Made by a program: the position numbers and the translations under genes | DNA from: a virus | Taxonomy: Duplodnaviria; Heunggongvirae; Uroviricota; Caudoviricetes | Strand: one strand, 5' to 3' | IMG/VR virus record: IMGVR_UViG_3300028549_001428 | Length of the DNA stretch: 64,000 bases | The notes under the pieces: model-generated | What the model was told of the DNA's origin: nothing | The model's input: the letters and a program-made list of their open reading frames with translations, nothing else | Databases searched by the model: none | In this document: positions 39,923 to 50,511 of the stretch, piece by piece | Position numbering within the stretch: position 1 is the stretch's first letter | How the letters are laid out: each line of letters starts with the position of its first letter

Positions 39923-40957
39923 ATGACTGATAGTATGGATATTTTTTCAGGCGATGGCATAGATCAAACCATTAAAACAACTGAGTATATTAAATATAAG
40001 TTAGAAGACACTCTACCTTGGGTTGCTAAATACACGCCCGAAAGGATAGAAGATATAATTCTCCCAGAAAAAACAAGAAATATGTTAAATTTTGCATTAT
40101 CGCAGAATAAGTTTACTCATTTTTGTTTTCACTCTGGGAAGCCTGGAACTGGTAAAACAAGTACTGCTTTAGCTATACCTAAAGAATTTGGTGTTGACTA
40201 TCAAATATTCTATATATCCGAAAAGGCTATGGAATCAATCGAAAGTATTAGAAGTTATGCAATGCAGAAAAATGTTGATGGTAAACCAAGATTTATCATT
40301 CTTGATGAAGCAGATACCCCAAAAATACAAGATCCAGCTAAATTCTATACAGCATTACAACCATTGATTGAATCAACTACATCAACAGTGCGATTTATTT
40401 TAACCTGTAATAACATATATAAAATACCTGCTCCTATATTGTCAAGATGTGCTCCAATATCATTTGCATATGAATCTGATGATGCTGATATTATGAAACA
40501 GATATGGAAACGAGTAAATCATATAGTTAAATTGGAAGTGTCAGATAAGGGTGGTAAAGTAAACCCAGATACATTAAAGAAAATAGCTAGATTCTATTAC
40601 CCAGACATCAGATCAATAATCCAACATACTTATATTAACTATCTAGAAAATCAAGGATCTATTGACGGAACTCCATCATTAGTATCATATGAAAACCTAG
40701 ATGAAATATGGGCATATATTACCGCATTCGATGATGAAAATCTAAGAAAGTTCACAACTAAAACCATAGTTGATTGTACGGCTATATATTCTCCTTTTGG
40801 CAAATATGTTATGGAAAAGATTGATAAGAAATTTAGATTAAGTTTTGCTGTTCTATTAGGTCAGTATCAATTCCAATCATCTATGCCAGCGGTTGATCAA
40901 GAAATCAATTTAAATTCATTCTTCGCAAGAGCAATGTTATTGCTACAAGGTAAATAA
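39923..40957 (+). CDS. clamp loader large subunit (T4 gp44/RFC-like)
   Basis: WVAKYTP, GKPGTGKTS, ILDEAD, RFILTCN, SRC, YPDIR. Confidence 0.92.
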   Translation: MTDSMDIFSGDGIDQTIKTTEYIKYKLEDTLPWVAKYTPERIEDIILPEKTRNMLNFALSQNKFTHFCFHSGKPGTGKTSTALAIPKEFGVDYQIFYISEKAMESIESIRSYAMQKNVDGKPRFIILDEADTPKIQDPAKFYTALQPLIESTTSTVRFILTCNNIYKIPAPILSRCAPISFAYESDDADIMKQIWKRVNHIVKLEVSDKGGKVNPDTLKKIARFYYPDIRSIIQHTYINYLENQGSIDGTPSLVSYENLDEIWAYITAFDDENLRKFTTKTIVDCTAIYSPFGKYVMEKIDKKFRLSFAVLLGQYQFQSSMPAVDQEINLNSFFARAMLLLQGK

Positions 40958-41412
40958 TGAGTAATTTTGATTATTTTGCTTTTATGAATGGTAGACGCAA
41001 TGGCGTTGAGCCAACAGTAGGGGAAAAGAACACATTTAATATGTATATGTGTCAAATGTTATTGTCAATGGATACCAGAAAGACTGTTCTGGGTATCCTT
41101 GATAAAATAAACACAATACAATTCTTTGATTTACCAAATCAAATACAATGCATGGCATTCACATCATTGGATAAAGCCAATCCACCATTGAGTTCTAAAT
41201 GGAAAAAAACAAAGGCTGAATCAACCAGTGAAGTAAAAGAAATGATTGAGAAAGTTATGAAGGTGTATAATATGTCGCATAATGATGCCGTATCATGCGT
41301 TAGATGCAAAACTATAAACGAAGATACAGTTAATGAATTGTATTCACATTTATTTGAATCGGATGGTATAAAATTTAGAAGTGGTAAGGTAAAGGGTAAA
41401 AAGGATAAATAA
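40957..41412 (+). CDS. clamp loader small subunit (T4 gp62-like)
   Basis: Directly follows gp44 with TAATG coupling; 'FNMYM...LS...KWKK...VMKVYNMS' pattern. Confidence 0.7.
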   Translation: MSNFDYFAFMNGRRNGVEPTVGEKNTFNMYMCQMLLSMDTRKTVLGILDKINTIQFFDLPNQIQCMAFTSLDKANPPLSSKWKKTKAESTSEVKEMIEKVMKVYNMSHNDAVSCVRCKTINEDTVNELYSHLFESDGIKFRSGKVKGKKDK

Positions 41413-41413
41413 T

Positions 41414-41620
41414 ATGTCAGATAACATTAATAATGAAGATATTACGGTTGTGATGAATTCACTGGGGGTATCATATACCGAAGCCCTCGATCTAATAAAA
41501 AAAGGTCTTAATGTAAATTACATTAAGACTGGGTTTAAAAATGAAATAAATTCAGAACTAGCTGACTTGACTTCTAAATATAAAGAAAATATAGATTCTG
41601 TATTAAAAGATTCTAAATGA
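41414..41620 (+). CDS. hypothetical protein
   Basis: 68-aa ORF with AAGGA RBS. Confidence 0.55.
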   Translation: MSDNINNEDITVVMNSLGVSYTEALDLIKKGLNVNYIKTGFKNEINSELADLTSKYKENIDSVLKDSK

Positions 41621-41623
41621 TAG

Positions 41624-42250
41624 TTATTCCATTGATTTTAGGTAATCAATAGGTTCTGGTACTGCGTCTATATCAGTATCAGTGCCATTGGAAAAATCAG
41701 TAAGAAGTTGTTGTAATTGTAAATCAGGTGCCTGTCCAGCATATTTTCCAGCACCGTAAGCAAAATCAATAAGATAATCAATTACAGTCTGTCCATAAAT
41801 ATCTCGTTCATCTATGGCATTTTTTACGATAATTTGTTCCTTATCTGCTGATGCCTCTTTTTCTTCATATGAAAAATCGGTATTTAATATTTTCTTTATT
41901 AAATCATAATTAACTGTTTCGGTGAATGCACCAGTGGCTGCTGAAACTAATGACATTAGTACGCTATCACCCAATGAATTTTTATGTGTTAATATCATAG
42001 GATCAATGTCAACAAGTTCATAAACACCATTTTCAGCCCAATTATGTAATTTGGTTGTCCACTCACCATCTTCAGTTTCAATTCTTGGTATAAATTGTAT
42101 AGGGAATGTTTTTAATGCTCTAATTTCTGAATCTGTTATAGGTTTAATAGATTTATCAAAAGTATCTTGAATACCTTCTAATAACTCAAATTGATCTGGA
42201 TTTTTATCCTTTAAATCATTTAGTAATGTATGAAATGCTCTTTTATCCAT
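41624..42250 (-). CDS. hypothetical late protein (weak ankyrin-like segments)
   Basis: TATAAACTA (minus strand) at 42274-42282; 'KNSLGDSVL' and 'RDIYGQTVIDY' segments. Confidence 0.55.
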   Translation of the reverse strand: MDKRAFHTLLNDLKDKNPDQFELLEGIQDTFDKSIKPITDSEIRALKTFPIQFIPRIETEDGEWTTKLHNWAENGVYELVDIDPMILTHKNSLGDSVLMSLVSAATGAFTETVNYDLIKKILNTDFSYEEKEASADKEQIIVKNAIDERDIYGQTVIDYLIDFAYGAGKYAGQAPDLQLQQLLTDFSNGTDTDIDAVPEPIDYLKSME

Positions 42251-42321
42251 TATTTGTATACTTATTTTTATTATAGTTTATAAATAAAAAATAAAAAAGG
42301 TGGTTTGCACCACCTTTTTAT

Positions 42322-42816
42322 TTACTTACTTGTACTTCCGAAGCCACCTACTCGATCACCGCCAACGGTATCGGCATCATCATCGCTAATTAAATATTTC
42401 TGGAACATCATTTGTGCAATTGCTTCACCTACAGGTAATACCAATTTTTGATCACCTTGATTGTGTAGTTTTACAAAGATTTCTCCTTCTTCATATTCAC
42501 CTTTCTTATTCAATACTGGTTCTGCTTTATAGTAGTCAGAATCAATAATACCAGTCGAATTTGCCAATCTAACAGAATACTTAAAGCCATGTCCAGATCG
42601 TACAAATGCCATTAGAACTTCATCTTGTAGCATATATGCTTTAAATTTTGTTGGGATTGCTTTTGATAGCTGTCCTGGTTCAATAACTATTTCAGCACCT
42701 GTATTATTAAATACATCATAACATGCAGAAAATCGAGTTCCACGACGAGGAACCTTTAATTCTGACGCTTCGTTTGAATACTTACTTACTATTTCAAATC
42801 CTCTTATCTTTTCCAT
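42322..42816 (-). CDS. dut: trimeric dUTPase
   Basis: SACYD, RSG, GIIDSDYY, IAQ, RVGGFGST; GGAG RBS before ATG 42816. Confidence 0.92.
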   Translation of the reverse strand: MEKIRGFEIVSKYSNEASELKVPRRGTRFSACYDVFNNTGAEIVIEPGQLSKAIPTKFKAYMLQDEVLMAFVRSGHGFKYSVRLANSTGIIDSDYYKAEPVLNKKGEYEEGEIFVKLHNQGDQKLVLPVGEAIAQMMFQKYLISDDDADTVGGDRVGGFGSTSK

Positions 42817-42984
42817 ACTAACTCCTATTTTATGGGTATAGTACAAATTTAGCAAAAAAATTTCATTTTTCCATATAATTATAAACAAAAAGTAAATATG
42901 TATGAATTCATACAAAAAAATATTAAAAATTATAGCGATTATAAACTATAAATAAGAATATTGTACAGATATAAGGAGTTATAT

Positions 42985-45900
42985 ATGGCAGTTTATGGAC
43001 AAGGCGCACCTGGTGTAAGAATCAGATTGAGAGATCTAAGCGAAGTAACGTTGGTAACTAATCCAAACATTACCGCTGGTATCGTTGGCTACTCTGCAAA
43101 GGGTGAATTTAATAAGATCATTGATTTGACCTCTACGGCTGATCAAGATACTTATTTGGGTAATGGTTTTAACAATGCAAGATATAATCAGGGTTTGTAT
43201 GCATCACGTGCAGTATTAAACGCAAATGGATTTGTTGAATATGTAAGACCATATGGTGAAGTTGTTATTACAGATGACACTGATCCAGAATATGATACAA
43301 ATCAATCATTGAAAACTGATACATTCACAGTAGCATTTAATTATGCACAGGCTACCGAAACATCATTCGATATTAAGCACTATGCTTCTACTAGATATGT
43401 AGAAGATGGCTTACAGGGTATGGGTAGCAGAAAAATAAATACTATCGCAGAAACATTGAAGAATAACACCAATGTTGATTTTGAATTGTCTGCTGATGCT
43501 ATGGATGATGATGATGGTGGAACTGAGAAAGTTATGCTATTTTCTATTATGAATAGCGACCCAACAGCCGCAGTACGTGCAGGTAATAGAATTGCTATTA
43601 GCGATATTACTGGTGGTGGTACTGAAGTAACGGTTGAAGTAGCTGGCATTCATGGATTGGATGTAGGTGATAGTGTTATCATCAGTGGAACAACTAACTT
43701 TAATGGTACATATGCAATTTCTGAAGTTGTTGATGAAACTACTTTCATATTCCTAGATGCCACAACAGCATCCGAACAAGTCGGTATTGTATATTCAAAT
43801 ACAGATACAATTAATAGCGGTGTTGACTATTTAACAGTTAAAACCGTTGCAACAGGTAAAGCATCTAAAAAATATGACTCAGTATCAGTAACTACTGCAT
43901 TGGATTTAACTGTTGATAATGATACATTTACAATGGAAACATCTAATGGATCAAACGCAACATTTGAATTAACTGTTGATGGTGTATACACTGCTGGTAA
44001 TTATCCTATCACACTTGTAAACGATACATTTACAGGAGCAACTACAGCACCAGCCGTAATTGAAGTAACTGATGGTAGTAAATTTACTGTAGGTGATCAA
44101 ATTCATGTAACTGGTGGAAGTCTACCTACTGGATTAGTTGCTGCTCAATTATATACAGTTAAATTGATAACCACAAATACAATCACTTTGGTTAGAAGTG
44201 CTACATCCGTAGAAACACCTATTACAATTAGTGTAAATGGATCTGGTGCTATAATTAACTTGACCGCTACATTAAGATCATTCGTAACTCAATTGTCAAA
44301 TGTTGATCTAGCTAACAATTCAAACGCAACATCCTCTGTTACAACAATTACATCTGGTGTATTTGCATTAAGTGCATCACAGGCATCAAAGTTTACTATC
44401 AATGATATGGTTATTTTACAGGATAACTACGCAACTACAGGTATTCGCACTGCACTCCCAACTGGTTTGACAGCAGGTACTGTGTATAAGGTAGCTACTG
44501 TTAATTTGATTGATAACACAATCACATTGAAAAATTATGATGGTACTGCATTAACAATATCAACTGACAGCACTGTAACACATAAAATACTTAACTTAAC
44601 TAAAGGCGTTGTGTCTGCTACAGTTAACTCAAATGGTGTTACATTGGATATCATAGGTAGATTTGGCTTAACTGCTCCTATTACTAACCAAACCACTCTA
44701 CCATCTTTCTTCACATTTACTGGAGTAGCTGGTATTACATCAACTGGTGAAATGGGTGCAGATGACCATATGATACAGTCAAGTGAAGGTTCTATAGTTA
44801 TTGATTCTACTATCGGTAGACAATTCCTTAACTTGGGATTAGCTGTAGAAGATTATCAGGATATTAACTTTGACGGAACCGAAGATAGAGTTTATCAATT
44901 AACTGCTGAAGGCATAATTATTTCTAAGATGTATGTATATGTTACATATTATTTTGGTGGTGAAACATATCAGTTCTCTGGTACGTTAGTTCCTTATGCA
45001 TATGGTGATACAAATCTATACTTAAAGAACAGCGCAGAAGATTATGAAAACGGCTGGACATTAGTAATGAATGACAATGCTTCATTAGAAGATGGTGTAG
45101 CTGAATTCGATTTAAGTACAAGTATTATTGATGGCATTATATCAAGCACAGTGACTAAAGTATCATTCGATGAAACAGACCCAGCTATCGTTAATGATGC
45201 TGTATGGTCATATGTTCCAAAAAACAATGCTTCTTCCAGTATATTATCAAGCGCATGGCAGTTATTCTTGAATAAAGATGAATCTAGCTGTGACATGTTA
45301 GTGGCTGCTGGTACTGCTATAAGCAACCTATTCGTTAAGAATATGGAACAAATTAACTACACAGTTATGGATTCTATGTTAGGTATTTGCGAAAAACGTA
45401 AAGATATGTTCGCAATATTTGATGGTGTAGATGAACCAAAAATTGATGTAGCATTGAAGAAAATGATCGGTATTGGTTCGGTTGGTGATTTATCTCGCTG
45501 GGGTGCTATCTTTGATGGTAGATCTATATTCAGCGACAGTGTATACACAAAAATAAACGCACCTGCTGTTAAATCAATTGAAGTTGCTGCGATTATCTGT
45601 TACAACAGAGCAAGCAATGTATATTGGTTGCCACCTGCTGGTTACACAACTGGTAGAATTCCATCCAGTTTAGCAAGTAGACAGAAATTTATCAGAACAT
45701 ATAACTATGCTGATGATGCTACATCCGATATTGCTCGTCTATATGATGCCAATATCAACCCAACTCGTGTAAACGATCAGGGTCAGTTCGTATATGGTCA
45801 AAAAACCATGTTAAAACGCATGACTGCATTGAATAGATTAAATGTTATCATGTTGATTGCTGGTATACATAAAAGATTCTCTGATTTCTTGGATAAAAAA

Positions 45901-46176
45901 GTATTCCAGTTAAATACTGCTGCTTTAAGAACAAGTATTCAGGCTGATCTACAAGCACAATTAGAATTAATTAAGTCTGCTAACCCTGCTGGTTTAACTG
46001 CTGGTGTTGTTATTTGTGATGAAACAAACAACACTCGTGATATAATTGATACCAATCAATTAATCGTTGATGTTGTATTACAACCAACGAAATCAGTTGA
46101 GTTTATCACACTTAGAACAACAGTTCAAAGAACTGGTGATGATTTAAAAATTACGAACAGCATAGTAGGAGGATAA
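42985..46176 (+). CDS. tail sheath protein (gp18-like) with large internal insertions
   Basis: PGVRIRLRDLS N-terminus; WLPPAG..GRI, LYDANINP, YGQKT, ALNRLNV, ICDETNNT..IDTNQL, PTKSVEFI. Confidence 0.93.
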   Translation: MAVYGQGAPGVRIRLRDLSEVTLVTNPNITAGIVGYSAKGEFNKIIDLTSTADQDTYLGNGFNNARYNQGLYASRAVLNANGFVEYVRPYGEVVITDDTDPEYDTNQSLKTDTFTVAFNYAQATETSFDIKHYASTRYVEDGLQGMGSRKINTIAETLKNNTNVDFELSADAMDDDDGGTEKVMLFSIMNSDPTAAVRAGNRIAISDITGGGTEVTVEVAGIHGLDVGDSVIISGTTNFNGTYAISEVVDETTFIFLDATTASEQVGIVYSNTDTINSGVDYLTVKTVATGKASKKYDSVSVTTALDLTVDNDTFTMETSNGSNATFELTVDGVYTAGNYPITLVNDTFTGATTAPAVIEVTDGSKFTVGDQIHVTGGSLPTGLVAAQLYTVKLITTNTITLVRSATSVETPITISVNGSGAIINLTATLRSFVTQLSNVDLANNSNATSSVTTITSGVFALSASQASKFTINDMVILQDNYATTGIRTALPTGLTAGTVYKVATVNLIDNTITLKNYDGTALTISTDSTVTHKILNLTKGVVSATVNSNGVTLDIIGRFGLTAPITNQTTLPSFFTFTGVAGITSTGEMGADDHMIQSSEGSIVIDSTIGRQFLNLGLAVEDYQDINFDGTEDRVYQLTAEGIIISKMYVYVTYYFGGETYQFSGTLVPYAYGDTNLYLKNSAEDYENGWTLVMNDNASLEDGVAEFDLSTSIIDGIISSTVTKVSFDETDPAIVNDAVWSYVPKNNASSSILSSAWQLFLNKDESSCDMLVAAGTAISNLFVKNMEQINYTVMDSMLGICEKRKDMFAIFDGVDEPKIDVALKKMIGIGSVGDLSRWGAIFDGRSIFSDSVYTKINAPAVKSIEVAAIICYNRASNVYWLPPAGYTTGRIPSSLASRQKFIRTYNYADDATSDIARLYDANINPTRVNDQGQFVYGQKTMLKRMTALNRLNVIMLIAGIHKRFSDFLDKKVFQLNTAALRTSIQADLQAQLELIKSANPAGLTAGVVICDETNNTRDIIDTNQLIVDVVLQPTKSVEFITLRTTVQRTGDDLKITNSIVGG

Positions 46177-46180
46177 TTAA

Positions 46181-46861
46181 ATGGCTGATTTTAGTAACCA
46201 AACAAAACTATTCTCTCTAAATGGTATTGATAATTTAAGAGATCCTGTTAGAAATACCCGTTGGAGAGTTTTGATTCCATCTGAAATTTTTGCGGCTACT
46301 GGTATTCAAGTTACCAATGGTGCTCAATTTAACAATGGTCAGGACGGCACAGATGAATTTGCATTGCATATAAAAACTGCTGTAATTCCTACATTGAAGA
46401 ATGAAAACAAATTCCATTGGTATATGGGTTTCAAACAAGCACATGTTGTTAATACCGACATGTCAACCGAACAGGAATTTGAAACTATTCTATTGGAAGA
46501 TATGAGAGCATATGAAGCTATGATTGCTTGGGAACAGGCATGTCATAACACTGGTATCTTGAGTGACGGTTCCAATGCAGACAGAATGAACCAAACTGGA
46601 TTAAAATTGGGTCTTGGTAATCACAAGGATATAAAAAACGAAACTTCAACGGTTGTTAGAAATAACACAGTTAAGGTTGAGTTATATAACTGGATGCGTG
46701 GTGATGTTATTATGAGACTAAATCTTATAAATGCATACCCAACTGAAGTTGCTGGATTCAATTTGAACTACAACTCCGCTGATATTGTGAATTTCAAATT
46801 CAAATTATTCGCAGATCGTTGGACAATACAAATACCAGAAGGATATACAACTGGTTTGTAA
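46181..46861 (+). CDS. tail tube protein (gp19-like)
   Basis: Follows the sheath gene; DPVRNTRWRV and NAYPTEVAGFNLNY. Confidence 0.85.
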   Translation: MADFSNQTKLFSLNGIDNLRDPVRNTRWRVLIPSEIFAATGIQVTNGAQFNNGQDGTDEFALHIKTAVIPTLKNENKFHWYMGFKQAHVVNTDMSTEQEFETILLEDMRAYEAMIAWEQACHNTGILSDGSNADRMNQTGLKLGLGNHKDIKNETSTVVRNNTVKVELYNWMRGDVIMRLNLINAYPTEVAGFNLNYNSADIVNFKFKLFADRWTIQIPEGYTTGL

Positions 46862-46871
46862 TACATAACTT

Positions 46872-46910
46872 AAAAAAACCCCATCGAGATTTCGGTGGGG
46901 TTTTTCTTTT
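46872..46910. terminator. bidirectional intrinsic terminator
   Basis: AAAAAACCCCATCGA-GATT-TCGGTGGGGTTTTT between convergent genes. Confidence 0.8.
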
Positions 46911-46924
46911 ATTATATTCGACGA

Positions 46925-47377
46925 TTAGCCATATCGTATTTTTAGTTGTTCACGATCTATCATAACTTTAACTGCATTTGCGTAATATGATAATTGATTA
47001 ACTGTTCGTTTTAGAAAATCAACATATGCATTTTGTTCATCATATTCTCGTTGCTTTGCTCTTACCTTATCATGTCCTTCTAACATAATAGAAGTACCTT
47101 TTACATCAATATCATATACTAATACACTTCGTTTAATTTCATCATATGCGGTGGATTTCACTTTCACCAAATCTGATTTTATAACGGCTAATTTTTGTTC
47201 TTCTTGCATTAATAAACCGTTATAGTTCACATACACATTACCTGCTGAATATGCAACATTGCGCTGACACTTATCTAAATCCAAATCACCTTTAGCATCA
47301 AATGCATTGAAGTTTGATTCTATATGATCTTTAAGTGCCTTAATATGATTTGCCGTTATATTTACTGGAATTTCCAT
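46925..47377 (-). CDS. UvsY-like recombination mediator
   Basis: 150 aa, helical, with a 'YVDFLKRTVNQL...AVKVMID' C-terminal pattern. Confidence 0.55.
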   Translation of the reverse strand: MEIPVNITANHIKALKDHIESNFNAFDAKGDLDLDKCQRNVAYSAGNVYVNYNGLLMQEEQKLAVIKSDLVKVKSTAYDEIKRSVLVYDIDVKGTSIMLEGHDKVRAKQREYDEQNAYVDFLKRTVNQLSYYANAVKVMIDREQLKIRYG

Positions 47378-47445
47378 AGAACAATCCTTATTGTTTCAAA
47401 AATAATTTATATTATAAATATACACTATTTAATGGTACATTATTA

Positions 47446-47994
47446 ATGGAAAAAGATTATTCAGGATTTGAAAGATTGTTAGGACTACCTACTGGATCTA
47501 CAGCAAGGGGTGAGGATGAATTGCGTCCATTATTGGCTGATAGTCTAAAAAATAAAACTAATGAGTTGGTTAAAGATACTACAAAATTAGAAGTATTATC
47601 TACAATGTCTAAATCAGAATTGGTAAAACATGGATTTAATTTGGATACGTTGGAAGAAGATAAAGTAAGAATTAGAAATGAGTCATATGAAGTATATGAA
47701 ATAGCAAGATCATTATTAAATGGTTATAAGACTCAGATGGATAGAGCAGTCAATCCTAACGATAGAATGTGGATGGCAGGTGCAAAAATAATTGATTCTG
47801 TCACTGGTAGTCTAGATAAATTGTTATCAATGACTATGAAGTTTAAGCAAGAAGAAGAAATGAAAGGTATGACATTAGTTAAGGATGATGGAAAAACAGC
47901 CAAGGAAATGACTACAAAGGATTGGATGGATTTTATCAAATCTGCTAAAGATATACCAGATGAAGATCTAAGCGAAATAATAGAAAATAAATAA
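47446..47994 (+). CDS. putative terminase small subunit (gp16-like)
   Basis: 'D..RIR.....NPNDRMW..GAKII' helices and a C-terminal 'TTKDWMDFIK'; TATAAATA at about 47413. Confidence 0.5.
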   Translation: MEKDYSGFERLLGLPTGSTARGEDELRPLLADSLKNKTNELVKDTTKLEVLSTMSKSELVKHGFNLDTLEEDKVRIRNESYEVYEIARSLLNGYKTQMDRAVNPNDRMWMAGAKIIDSVTGSLDKLLSMTMKFKQEEEMKGMTLVKDDGKTAKEMTTKDWMDFIKSAKDIPDEDLSEIIENK

Positions 47995-48028
47995 CATAAT
48001 TTCCTGTCAAATTATGTATATTTGATGT

Positions 48029-49144
48029 ATGGAAAAAATTGCAATTATAGGTGATCCTCATTTTGGACGAAAGGCAGAACACCCTCTCATAAAGAAATTT
48101 GTGAAAGAGGGTCAGGATGCCTTCTATGATTTTTTAATTGCTCAATTGAAAGAAAGAAATATAAAGACAGTATTAATTACTGGTGATTTGCACGATACTC
48201 GACAGTCAATAAATGTAGAGGCATTGGTAAATACAAAGCGAATCCTTCAAACAAAAATGAAAGATTTCGATATTCATATAGTGTTAGGTAATCATGATAT
48301 GTATTACGAAAACTCATATGATATAACATCTCTTGAATTATTTGAAGATATTCCTAACGTAACTGTATATAGAGAAGGAATAGTAACAAAAAATTTCCTT
48401 AATAAAACCTGGTATATGGTTCCTTGGATTATCCATGAAAATGAATCGAAAGTGACTGAATTTTTAGAAAAAATGGGTAAGAAACCGATAGCTACACGAA
48501 ATAATACTGTATTTTTTGGTCATTTCGAGTTATTTGGTATAAATATGGAAGGAAATTCCATTTCATCATTTGGATTAGATCCAAACCTACTCATGAATGC
48601 GTCTAATAGAATATTTAGTGGGCATTATCATGGTAAATCAATAACAAAAAAAACTGATAGTCATCTAGTATATGTAGGTTCACCATATCCATTAACATTC
48701 GCTAATGCAAATGCTGAACATGGGTTTTGGATAGTTGATGAAAATCTAGATTATGAATTTATAAAAAATGAAGTGTCCCCATCATTTATTGATATATGGG
48801 ATACGGATGATTTAAATGCATTGCCTGATTTAACTAATTCTTTTATTAGGTTATACATCGATAAAACGATTACATCCGAAAAAGAATTCGAAATAAGACT
48901 AAAAATAGAAAATAAAAAACCTATTTTAGTTAGAACACTGTCTTATAATGGTACTAAGGAAGAAATTCAGAGTAAACCTGAAATTGAACGTGAAGCAAAT
49001 AGAATAGTCAAGATGAGTTCGATGGAAATAGCTGAAATTTATATAGATCAAACATTCGACAGCCTTCCTAAGTTATCATTGACACCAGACCCTAAACAAG
49101 AAATTTTAAAACGATTAACCAAATACAACGAAACATCAAAATAA
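48029..49144 (+). CDS. SbcD/Mre11-like nuclease (T4 gp47-like)
   Basis: GDPHFG, GDLHD, GNHD, GHFE, SGHYH, YVGSPY. Confidence 0.92.
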   Translation: MEKIAIIGDPHFGRKAEHPLIKKFVKEGQDAFYDFLIAQLKERNIKTVLITGDLHDTRQSINVEALVNTKRILQTKMKDFDIHIVLGNHDMYYENSYDITSLELFEDIPNVTVYREGIVTKNFLNKTWYMVPWIIHENESKVTEFLEKMGKKPIATRNNTVFFGHFELFGINMEGNSISSFGLDPNLLMNASNRIFSGHYHGKSITKKTDSHLVYVGSPYPLTFANANAEHGFWIVDENLDYEFIKNEVSPSFIDIWDTDDLNALPDLTNSFIRLYIDKTITSEKEFEIRLKIENKKPILVRTLSYNGTKEEIQSKPEIEREANRIVKMSSMEIAEIYIDQTFDSLPKLSLTPDPKQEILKRLTKYNETSK

Positions 49145-49156
49145 GGATATGTAAAA

Positions 49157-50500
49157 ATGTCAGAAAAAGAAGTTGATCAAACTATTCCAACTATTAGCGA
49201 AGAATTGCGTGAACGAGCATCGCTAAAACCAACCTTTAACATTTTATTTGTGTCGGATAATGATTCTAGATTATCATTATTCCGTGGTTCTACTATATTC
49301 AAGACATTTGAAGAATTCTATAGTAGACAAGCAAACATAAGCTGTTCATATGTACCATCAACTAAATTAGCTTCAATGAAGTTAAGTGATTTCGATGGTT
49401 ATAACATTTTATGGATTGATAATGTTAGTAGCTATGGTGCTGCAAAAAATCTCTCCGCATTGAATATTGAATTGCTAAATTCAGTTGATCCAGAATGGAA
49501 AGAAACCGTAGATAAACTAGGTACAAATAGCGACGAGACTGTTAAATATATCAAGGATTTGAACTCTAAGAGAGAAGCAAAGCTAAGAATTATATATGCT
49601 CTAGATGAATTGGTATGGGAAGGTCCAGTAGGTAGATCCCACGATGTACAAAGCGTACAGATAATCGAAACATTCATCAATATGGCAGATAGTGTTGTAG
49701 TTCCTACAGCAGAACTACGTGAACTTATTAAGTATTATAAGTTCGTTACTGATGAGAATAAGGATATATTTGTTATACCTACCTCAGTGAATGCTGATAT
49801 GTATCCACTATTTAAGGATTTCAGTAGAGAGAAGGGAACTCCAAATACATTTGATAAGCCTCATGTATTAGTAAAGGGATTAACTATCCCAATGAATGTG
49901 CAGAAGTTCATTGCTGAAAATCATAAAAAGATGAAAATAACTATATGTACTGTTGGTGAGTTGGATGACCATATCATGGGTCTGATCCAAAGACAAAAAG
50001 TTACTCATATTTATCATTGGGCAAACCCTTATGTAAATAGAAGAAATATCCTAGCTACATATGCACTTGAACGTGATATGGCATTTGATTTTGTTATACA
50101 TACAAAACCAGATAGCTTGAACGGTCAGATGTATGAGTTATCTTCTGGTGATGATGATATATTGATGTCTATTGCTTCTGGATCATTGCCAATATGTGGT
50201 ATCGACCATGTTGGATATGATGATGAAAGCACACATCTTGGATATGCAAGTGGATTAACATTTGGTAAGAATAGTACTGAAAAATCTATTAAAGAAATGA
50301 TTGAAAATTACAGCCTTGGTGTTAGATGGAATGATGCCTTTAATAAATGTAGAGCATTGGTTGAAAGCAGAATTATAACATCGCCAAAAATAATTTCAGC
50401 TTATTTCTCTGTTATGTTAGGTCGTGAATTATCTAATGCTAGAAATGTGTTAGCTATGGAAGCAAAAGCTAAAATTGAACAAAATATAGAAGTGCAATAA
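49157..50500 (+). CDS. hypothetical protein, possibly GT-B glycosyltransferase-like
   Basis: 'IIYALDELVW...ADSVVVPT.EL...VIPTSV' resembles GT4-like N-terminal domains. Confidence 0.45.
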   Translation: MSEKEVDQTIPTISEELRERASLKPTFNILFVSDNDSRLSLFRGSTIFKTFEEFYSRQANISCSYVPSTKLASMKLSDFDGYNILWIDNVSSYGAAKNLSALNIELLNSVDPEWKETVDKLGTNSDETVKYIKDLNSKREAKLRIIYALDELVWEGPVGRSHDVQSVQIIETFINMADSVVVPTAELRELIKYYKFVTDENKDIFVIPTSVNADMYPLFKDFSREKGTPNTFDKPHVLVKGLTIPMNVQKFIAENHKKMKITICTVGELDDHIMGLIQRQKVTHIYHWANPYVNRRNILATYALERDMAFDFVIHTKPDSLNGQMYELSSGDDDILMSIASGSLPICGIDHVGYDDESTHLGYASGLTFGKNSTEKSIKEMIENYSLGVRWNDAFNKCRALVESRIITSPKIISAYFSVMLGRELSNARNVLAMEAKAKIEQNIEVQ

Positions 50501-50511
50501 GGGGTAATACA

